The notes beneath the pieces are model-generated. The model made no database searches. It was given only the letters and a program-made list of their open reading frames with translations, and was not told the DNA's origin. Shown here in pieces: positions 48,325-57,225 of a stretch of 57,225 nt of DNA. The stretch's first letter is position 1. Every line of letters begins with the position of its first letter. The stretch is taken from the NCBI GenBank assembly GCA_022813965.1, contig JALDZS010000154.1, positions 1-57,225 on the forward strand, read 5' to 3'. The translations under genes and the position numbers were made by a program. Source of the DNA: Toensbergia leucococca. Lineage: Eukaryota.

Positions 48325-50863
48325 GAGTTTGAGAGTAGTGAAAGGAGGGTGGGTTTTTTCAAGATTGGTGGGCTTCAGCTGAGTTTTCTTGTAGGTAGAT
48401 GGAGTGCTCTTGAGATTAATTTGATTGTGTACTCTCTGTGTGAGAGCATATTGTCACTTTACGCTTTAGTGGGCTTGACTTTTTGCCTCCCTAGCCGGAC
48501 GATCAAGTCATGCTGAAGTACGTACTCTGTTACCGTCTGGTTGTTTCCGTCCATCAATTGGCCTCACGAGATTAAGGTATCTGAGTTCCTGACTTGGGGT
48601 GATACAGTGATAGGAATCATCAACTCTTCCACTTTGATTTATCATCATTATCATCAGTCAGTCATTAGCTAACGTCCCTATCACAATCGAAGATTCTATT
48701 CACTCCGTCACATCATCACCTTGCCGCCACCTCCCCCATACCCTGGTGCTCGTCTATACCATCAAGATCATGTCTTCTTTCTTCAACTCTTTCCGGTTCC
48801 TCTCTCTCTCTCATGTGAGATCAGTAATCAGATTCATAGTCTAGCGATCTCTTATTGTTTCATACACCCCAACCCAGCCTCAGCTAAGCATGGACATCAA
48901 AGCGCCTCCGTCGGGGTACGCGAAGAAGTGCCCCAGATGCGCAGTGGGCGCTCGCGTTGTTCCACACCGCTGTTGTTGTATGAGACGCACCTTCTTCAGA
49001 ACACCTCCACGAGATTGAGAGACCATCGCTTGAGTGTGCCTGTCTCGAGAACCCCATCCCAATGCTTCTTCTCACCTCCATCGCCTAGTGCCTACGCTTT
49101 CAACATCAACCGTGAATGCAGACATGCCTATTCTATCTCAGCTTCCTTGCCTAGCTCAATCAGATCCCGGAAACTTATGCGGCTAGCTTTCTGGCGCTGA
49201 ATCTCAATGCTTTTGCAACGTTGCACGTGTCGAGAGATCGGAAGGTGTCGTAGTTATCTTGGTCCCATATCGCGGCTTCAAGATCTGGGACGGCTTTGGA
49301 GCGATCTCGTTGTTGGAAAATTGTGGTAGTGGCACTGAAGACGAGGGTCAGTGTCTCGGGGATGGGACTTTGGATGTGGGGTTTGGGGATCTTGTGAAGA
49401 CGTAAGTGTTTTGGAGGGGGGGTTCTGGGCTGTTGTGGGTCTGGCGGGGGGTTTGGTTTGTGGGGTTTGGTTTTGGGTTTGTGGAAATGGAGTCTTGTGC
49501 TGCGGTCGTCTTGAGTTTTTATGTTTGGTGTTTCGATTATGTCTTAGATGGACTGCGTGGGATTTGTTGGGTAGGGCTTGTTGGTGAGGACTTATAGATT
49601 GATGCTGAGGAGATTTTGTGGTTTTTGATAAGAGCTACTTTGATGACCTCAAGCTAAAAGATTTTAGAAGGATCATTCAAATATTCTAGTGATGATACAA
49701 ACGATGTTAGAAAGAGCTTTGTGTTGCTGATTCTACGCGATGTATGTGGTGTCTTCAATTTTCATATATTTTTGACACTTTGGAGGTTGTACTGTCCTTT
49801 CTAAGCACCTGCTCTTGTTAGAATTGAACCTAGGGACGAATTCATAGTGCTTATCAGTGCTACCTCAGTGAATTAGCTGATTATTGAAAGAAGCACCGTG
49901 AGACGCATTCGCTTTTTGGCTGTCCCAGCAGTGCCAGATGAGAATAACTGCCATGTACGCAAAAGGGCGAAGCTGGAGCAGGATGATCGTGTAGAACTTC
50001 CTGACCGGTGATCTTAGAAGAATCAGAGGTAGATTAGTGGCGGGTGGAAGGTTTAGGAGCTGGATCTCGACTAGTGGAATTGGAAATTATAAAGTATCCA
50101 GATGGGTGTTGGTTGCCGGATATGGTTCTGTCTTTGGGAATTGGTGGAAGATCTGTAGGTCTGTACTCCTTAATTTTTCCATGGCGCGAGCTGGTGCCTG
50201 AGCGATGCGAGCTGCTCCCGTCGTAGTAGTGAGACAGTATATTGGGAGTGAGCTGTATGCTTGCCGGAACATTAAGGCTTCTAAGGCTGTCAGCGTCTTG
50301 CTTAGCTGAGATGTCCCTGAGTTATCTCAAGGATTGACTGTCTTTGCCTTGGATGAGTTGATGAGATATATTTTGTGTGGTCGTATTGAGTGAGGACCGC
50401 AAGATGTATCAATGGGTATGAATGACTTCTCCTTGCTCTCTTGGGCCCTGACTTCTCATGGGGGATTGGCATGAACCATGGATTATGATCACATTCCACG
50501 GTACCATCTGTAACCCTTGCGATGAAGTCATAATCAAGGCTGGGTGAACAAAGGAAACAAACGATAACTTTGAACGCTGCTTGTTTCACGATGACAATTG
50601 GCTTCTTCGCCTTTGTTCAGGAATAGACAAGTATGAGCCAAATCAGACAATGACAGATGGTGACAAACAAAGAGGTGACGTCCTGGCAGTGGGAGCTGAG
50701 GAAGAGATGTATAAAGCGACTGTTGAATTTCAAAGTCAGTTTCCTACCATCTCTGCTACACATTACTCGATCAAATCTTTTATACTCATACTTAGCATCT
50801 GCACAACCAACGCAGTACCACTCACCTTTTCCCATACACATCAATATCTATATCGTCATCAAG

Positions 50864-51850
50864 ATGAGGTACTATCTTGCACTCTCCACCTTCGCAGGGC
50901 TAATCAATCTCGGTATAGCTGGCTATACGCTTCAGGATAACTATGACCCTGCTCAAGACTGGTTCTTTGGGAACTTTACATTCTTCACAGACACTGATCC
51001 AACGAATGGCACCGTTACTTTTGTCGACCAGCCAACTGGAAATTCAAGCTCGTTGATTGGTATGATCGAGGATGGCAAAACAGCCTACATCGGAGTCGAC
51101 CATACCAACAAAATCACCACCGGCGGCCGGCCAAGTATACGTCTCACATCGGACAAGACATACGACCACGGTCTATTCATGATAGATCTTTCTCATATGC
51201 CCAATGGAATCTGTGGCGTCTGGGGAGCCTTTTGGACAGTTGGCGGAAAATGGCCCACCAATGGCGAAATCGATATCATAGAGGGAGTAAATGATCAAGT
51301 TCAAAACGATGTTACACTCCACACTGGGCCTGGTTGCAGCATGACGCCAAATCCTGCTGTCACTGGTGGCAATATGACGACAACGGACTGCAATATCAAC
51401 AGCTCCACTCAGGCGAAGAACGTTGGCTGTCAATATGATGCGAAAGATCCGAGATCATTCGGTGAGGCCTTCAATGCAAATGGCGGAGGTCTGTACGCAA
51501 TGGAATGGACCAGCCAAGCTATCAATGTCTGGTTCTGGGCTCGCGGAGAATCTGGAATGGCCGATATCACGTCCGACACTCAAGATACAACAACGTGGGG
51601 AACACCTAACATGGCAGCTTTCGCAAATACCAACTGTGATATCGACGCCCATTTCCAAGCTCACAACATCATCTTCGATACGACCTTTTGTGGAGACTGG
51701 GCCGGGGACACCTGGCCCGACCCAAATATCGGAAAGTGCGCCGCGTCCACTGGCTACCCTGTATGCGAGGACTTTGTCATGCAACATCCCGAGGCTTTTG
51801 TCAATGCCTTTTGGGCTGTTCGAGGTCTTAAAGTCTACAAGTCTGACTAA
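50864..51850 (+). CDS. GH16 endo-1,3(4)-beta-glucanase, secreted, intronless
   Basis: Signal peptide MRYYLALSTFAGLINLGIAG, GRPSIRL, CGVWGAFW, catalytic GEIDIIEG, FDTTFCGDWAG. TATAAA about 155 bp upstream. Confidence 0.95.
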   Translation: MRYYLALSTFAGLINLGIAGYTLQDNYDPAQDWFFGNFTFFTDTDPTNGTVTFVDQPTGNSSSLIGMIEDGKTAYIGVDHTNKITTGGRPSIRLTSDKTYDHGLFMIDLSHMPNGICGVWGAFWTVGGKWPTNGEIDIIEGVNDQVQNDVTLHTGPGCSMTPNPAVTGGNMTTTDCNINSSTQAKNVGCQYDAKDPRSFGEAFNANGGGLYAMEWTSQAINVWFWARGESGMADITSDTQDTTTWGTPNMAAFANTNCDIDAHFQAHNIIFDTTFCGDWAGDTWPDPNIGKCAASTGYPVCEDFVMQHPEAFVNAFWAVRGLKVYKSD

Positions 51851-52775
51851 AGACGTGTTGGAGCATACGAAAAGACTGTCTGGGTCTGTGTAAGGGTCGA
51901 AGAGTATACATTGATGTTTTGAGGGGAATATTCTTCTTTAGGAGCCTTTAGCGATGAAATTTTTCATTTTGGATATCTGTCTTGGGAGGAGTCCGGAGTA
52001 ATATGGTTCCAGCTCGAGTCTTTCGGTAAAGAATAATACCATGTAAGTCTTTTTCAGCAGGTCCAATAATGCCAATTGTGAGATGCAGCGCCGCGTGATT
52101 TCTCACTATGAGGAACTTCCTTGTCTCCTTTGTCATTTTAATGCACCATTGAAAGAGATAGATTCAATTCACCATTGAAGACGTAGCTTCAATAGAATAG
52201 AACAATGAAAAAAGACAGTAGAGCCAAGTCAAAGTATTCACATTAGAGAATCATCGTAGTATGAAGAAGCCCGGATCATCATCTTGTCATGAGGCTTGCG
52301 CAAATCATACGATCATGGATATACTTAAAAGGACGAGCCTTGCTGTAATTCCTAGTCTGCTTACCATACCTGGGAGTGAGTAAAGACGATCATCAGAGAG
52401 CTGCTCTTCAAGTCCTGTATGCTCTTGCATGCAATTCATTTAAATCTGCGACTTCTTGGCATCGCAAATTCTCCTTTCACCTCCACCTCAATTCCGAAAT
52501 CTACACCAAAATTAGTACTGTAAACTCAACAGCCCTAGGGAATCATCTGAGAAGATCATTCATTAGAAATGTATCGCTCATCTAAGGATTCTAGTAGTGT
52601 TGTGGGTCATGACCGTAGTATGTCAATTTTGAGGGGGGTGAACTACCATTACTGTTTGAATCTCTGAAGCATTTATAAGCGTTAAGGTACTCACCTACTG
52701 AATGATGTCATCAGATGCTCCCAAGTGATTCCTTGGTGGCTATCAAGCTTACAGTATTAAATTTGATGTAGATAT

Positions 52776-54822
52776 CCCATCGTCCGTCACTCGATCTCGG
52801 TTAATTTTAACCTTGTCTAGGCCGAAAATAGGCCTGTCAGGGGGTCTTGGCATTTTTTACATGAGGAATAAAATAATAAACACCGAGTCAATCATTTGAT
52901 TTCATCACAAAATGACCTCCTCTACCTTATCAATTGATTCTCTGATAAGCAAGATACTTATTTCATCATCTGTATCATCATTTATTTTCTTATGTATTGC
53001 CTCACATCTTGAACAAGTTAAATTAGAAGGCATTTCTTTTCTTGATGCATACAGCATATTCAGTCTATTCTTTAGCCCTTTGCAATCTGATATCATAGCT
53101 AGAATGATTAACCTGAATGCTAAAATGAAGAGATCTGATGCTAGTTTAAAGAGACCTTGCAACAGAAGAATTATATCTGTAAAGAAGAAGAGGGTGAGAT
53201 CTTGAGTAGATGTCATCAGTGAGAAAATCTGTGTCTTTACTAACATACAGATCTACATGAGAATTTATTTAAAGAAGCTGATAGCTGCATACTGAAGTGT
53301 CTCTACATTTACAAGTCTTTATTCTCTCATATGAAAAGTCATGAGACTTATGTGATTTAAGCAAATTCAACAATGATTTCATGTCTTAGATTCTAGATCA
53401 GAAAATTTTAAGAATTCTGAAATCATCTAAATCAAAGTTAGCTGTTTCTTCTCTAAAATCTCCTTCTCATATTAATTCTTCTTAGCTGAAACCTCTGAAT
53501 ACACACCTTCTTGCTATGTTAAAGCATCTATAACTAACTAAACATCACATTGCTGTGAATGAGTGCATGACTCAATTTTAGAAAAGATCTAAGAACATAG
53601 TAAAGATTTTCTCAAAGCTCATCTCACAGAAATATAAGATATGAGTTTTAGCTAATCAGGGCTATTTTCTCAGCTGAGTGTAACATATAAAAAAGCAAGA
53701 ACTCATAGAAGTTAAGGTTTTTAAAGAATTGAGTGTGAATAAGACAGCTAAGGTTGTAATACAATTGTTAAAGTCCCTACAAATTCAGAAGGATCTTGAG
53801 CATATTATCTAACTAGACAATCTCTTTACAAGTGTTAAACTACTCTTTTATCTGTGTGATCTCAGCTTTGAAGCTGCAGAAACTGTCAGATCAAATAAGG
53901 GTATAAATTCTAGTCTTCAAAGCATCAAGAAAAATTGAGTGAATGAGATTACATGAGAAACTCTCTACAGTAACTTACTCAGTCATACTATTATTAATGT
54001 TATTATCAATAAGAATGTCATCAAGAAAAATGTCTTGCAATTTGCATAAAAAGACAACAATCTGATGTACTTTATGACTACTGTTCATGATAAATCACAA
54101 TACATCATTAGAGATTATAAATGTTTCTCTAAAACATTATTCTCTGCAAAGATCTCCCAGCTATTATTTAAGAAAGAATCTCATGTCATGTTATTTATTC
54201 TCGCAATAATTGATGAATATAATCATCATATGAGCTTTGTGAATCAAGAAAATCAACTACATTTCTACAATTCAATGACTAAAATTATCAGAAAAGAATA
54301 AAAGGTCTTGTACAATCTTTTGTTAAAGATATCTGTAGTAAATGCCTATAAGCTCTCTATTTATTCTATCATCAATAAAAAGCAGAAATTCAACAATTAA
54401 AGAAACTTCTGAGAGACCTTGTGTACAGCCTTACTAACTACTAAAAACTCTTGAAAAAGAAAGTTCTGAGAGTCTGATAACAAGAAGGCCTCACATCAGT
54501 CATTTTACCTTCATAACCTTGTAAAAAGAGATAGTTCTCAAGACTGTAGAATGTGTGTGAGAATGAGTGATTTTAAGCCTTAAAAATGATGAGTTCTAGG
54601 TAATATTACACTCAATTTGAGTGAGAGATGTTCAAGAAGATAAACTACCTTTGACTGTGATCTCTGTGATACTCCCCTGTGTAAGGATGAACGTTGTTTT
54701 GATAAATGGCATCAGAATAGATAGAATTGAGGTAATTAATCATGATAATCAGTGATCTGACCAATAAAACACCCCTGTTACACGAGTACGCTAATTAGAC
54801 CACCCGAGTGACGGACGATGGG
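52776..54822 (+). mobile_element. Full-length piggyBac-family DNA transposon, inactivated by C>T/G>A hypermutation
   Basis: Perfect 18-bp TIRs, CCCATCGTCCGTCACTCG (52776-52793) and CGAGTGACGGACGATGGG (54805-54822), around an internal piggyBac-type transposase relic. Confidence 0.92.
52912..54724 (+). pseudogene. piggyBac (DDE_Tnp_1_7-type) transposase pseudogene
   Basis: Degenerate motifs IAVNECMTQF*KRS...KYKI*VLANQGY, IYLDNLFTSVKL, FA*KDNN, IIDEYNHHMSFVNQENQL, and a C-terminal Cys-rich CDLCDTPLCKDERCFDKWH. Stops fall at Trp/Gln positions. Probable intron 53437-53485. Confidence 0.9.
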
Positions 54823-57147
54823 ATAGTGTAGGCTTAGGAATTGAGGTGGAGGTGAAAGGAGAATGCGTGATGCCAAGATTTCGCAGATTTAAATGAATTG
54901 CATGCGCTAAATTCCAGTCTCGCCCGCGAATCTTTTCTACCTTTTTTTTGATACTTATATCCTCCTCTTGCCTACCACAACAGAACCCAGGTAACTTCTC
55001 CAACCTACCATGTGCGTGCCATCACTAAGTGTTCAATCAAAGCTGGCAATCCCTCCACAAGAAACAGGACATCATATGATCGTATGATCGCCCTTACCTC
55101 TCCATCCAAGCTTGTCGAAGCTCTCGATGCTTGCGCACTCGAATGCAACGCGATAGCGAAGGACTTTATGCGAGGCATAAGAGGATGGACTTCGTCAAAA
55201 TAAGACACCATTCTTCGCCAACATGCGTTCGATAATATCTCCAGAAGTCTACTAGAGCTACGCCGCGACTTTGACGATTCACTTGGTGCTACTGCTGGCC
55301 ATGGCGATGAGATCAAGGATCAACATAGGCATCGTATAAGGTGGTAGCGGGGTTGGCGCATAGAGATTGTGAACCCGGTGGCACATTCGTACATCGACTT
55401 CCTACCAGCGCTTTGGTCTTTACTGGCTACATCACAAATCCCACCGTGCCACCTCGTAGAGGAGTTGATGCACATTCCTCATTACGCAGCTGACGTCAAT
55501 TACTGATGCCCTCCTCCGTGGTTAGAAATCGGCCGTATTCGAATATTGAAATGGCCCAAATCGCTTCGATCTGGCTAACAGAACACACGCAGAAATCCAG
55601 CGGGTGATCATCCCTAGCTCATCGTGTTCCTTACAGATGGCCATTCCAGAAGCGCTTGGGAGAAGCTCGGGATGACTGTGCTATACGAGACACATGCAAG
55701 AGAAGAGAGTAAAGCACAAGTCTCAAACAACCAGCCTAGAATGCTTCCTCTGATTTCGTCTATATTTGAATACCTTACCCGTTCCTGAGTTCAAATACTG
55801 CGGCCCACGGTCGAAGAAATAGAGAAATTGCACTTCTACAGGTACCCATATATCATCAAGCATCATGAGTCGAGCCTTGGAGACACATTATTTGTTCGTA
55901 TTAATAGCGACATGTGTAAGTTAGACTGATAGAGACATAAATGGTTGAAGTGAATATTTCTTCCTGCAACGTCCAAACTGCCCACGGCTACGCATCAAGA
56001 TCTGGGCTCTTCTTTGGCGTCTACCCCGGCTTATCATGTCTATTCATAGATCTACAACTTCGCGAACTCCTTTCTTTTCATGGCTTTGCTTGCTCTAATG
56101 AAGCCAAAAACGGCAACACGATGATCACAGATTAAACATGAAGCCCGAGCTTCTTAGCAAAGTCGGTCACATGGTTTGGCTTTGATTATTGGTCTCAACC
56201 AGGTTGCAATTTGGGCATGTTAAAACTGCGAGGAATGTTGAGAAGTGCCTCGACAGGGTTTCTGCCTTCTCTTTCCTTGTTCAATACTAATCAGTCCCAA
56301 GGATCAATAAGGGGTTGTCAATGGATCTGCATATCAATGTGTGTGATTTAGACCGCCCAAGCTGCTGCCTCGGTGCAAAATTTGGGGCTTGTGTGGGTAT
56401 AGTGCTCGGATAATCGATATTAGGGTACTATTAGTATTGTCGGTGCAACCTAATGAGCGTTATGAAGTCGAAAAATTTTCCATGTACACTGCCACTGCAG
56501 GTTCAATTCTAATTTCTGGCCTGCCATCTATCTAGGTCGAAGCTTGGCTATGGATCCTGCATCGCATGGCCTCCTGTCTATCTAGAGAGAGTTTGAAAAA
56601 TTATTCAGGGACTAGGGATCCCTGATAAGCTGATAGGGTGATAGGTACGAATACGAAGGAAGATGATCTAGTAGCTGCCTTGGTGGAGGCTGGTACTCAA
56701 GTGGCTTGAATACGTTGGCCGAAGCTTACGGTGGCCAAATTGATACTTCCTTATTTGGAGCTATCAAGCCTGGAGCTTATTGGTACAGTAAGCCCGGCGC
56801 TCGCCATGTCTCTGCCACTTCTTGGGATTGGTCTGGCTCTTAGCATGTACCTTCCCATTTCAGTCAACATTGAAGCAATGAAGCCCTTGCTGTGCTAGTT
56901 AAATGTGAAGACTTCGTATATTGACCTTTTTGTCTCAAGATCCAATTGTCTTCGTATTTGCATGCTGACCGCTCCTTTCCGTTTGCCCAAGAAGATACCA
57001 TCGATTGAGATTGGATCGCCACTTCACGATGGAAAGCGTATATCTATGCCAACAGCTCCTTCTTTCCTAAGTCCAGCTCAAACACTCACCACTCTTCATC
57101 AGAACAAAAATCAAAAAAGCCCAATTTCAACCCTCTACACCGCAAAC

Positions 57148-57225
57148 ATGCTCTTCACTATGGTAAGATTAACCTTCCACGATCCCACCGGCTTTTTAGG
57201 CCTTGGCTGCAATGCTAACACCCTG
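57148..57225 (+). CDS. Possible first exon and intron of a gene cut by the window end
   Basis: CAAACATG context, ATG CTC TTC ACT ATG, then a GTAAGA donor and a GCTAAC branch site. A TATA-like sequence lies about 110 bp upstream. Confidence 0.35.
   Translation, partial: MLFTMVRLTFHDPTGFLGLGCNANTL

Noticed and set aside
50657..50863. 69-aa N-terminal extension of the GH16 ORF
   Set aside because: It contains the TATA box and would bury the signal peptide that begins at Met 50864.
22215..51850. Secondary-metabolite gene cluster (UbiA, MFS transporters, esterase)
   Set aside because: There is no backbone synthase, and the genes are scattered among housekeeping genes over 30 kb.
52807..52816. 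TTAA|CC as the true left end of the piggyBac element
   Set aside because: There is no matching inverted sequence with GG|TTAA at the right end, and the perfect TIR pair lies outside it.

Overview
This is 57 kb of an intron-rich filamentous ascomycete (Pezizomycotina) nuclear genome, with short GT-AG introns and CTAAC/CTGAC branch sites. It holds about 21 recognisable protein-coding genes. Housekeeping genes: exportin-1 CRM1, SPC25, RRN6, a DHX35-like helicase, CUE5, MZT1, COA1, VPS20, RIX7, a PITH protein and a CHY/RING E3 ligase. Accessory genes: an intronless UbiA prenyltransferase, two MFS transporters, a secreted carboxylesterase, a GH16 glucanase and two secreted Cys-rich proteins. Three AT-rich, hypermutated repeat blocks are present. 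The most notable observations are: (1) a complete 2.05-kb piggyBac-family element with perfect TIRs, a likely intron and no TTAA target site (flanks ATAT/ATAG); (2) a spliced three-exon gene for a small secreted six-Cys knottin-like prepropeptide, preceded by an 18-bp minisatellite and a reiterated motif; (3) recurrent sharp C/A-rich to G/T-rich strand-skew switches that ignore gene orientation; (4) repeat hypermutation that removes CpG rather than mainly CpA. All gene models and family calls were read by eye from motifs, with no database search. I found no rRNA, tRNA or CRISPR array.
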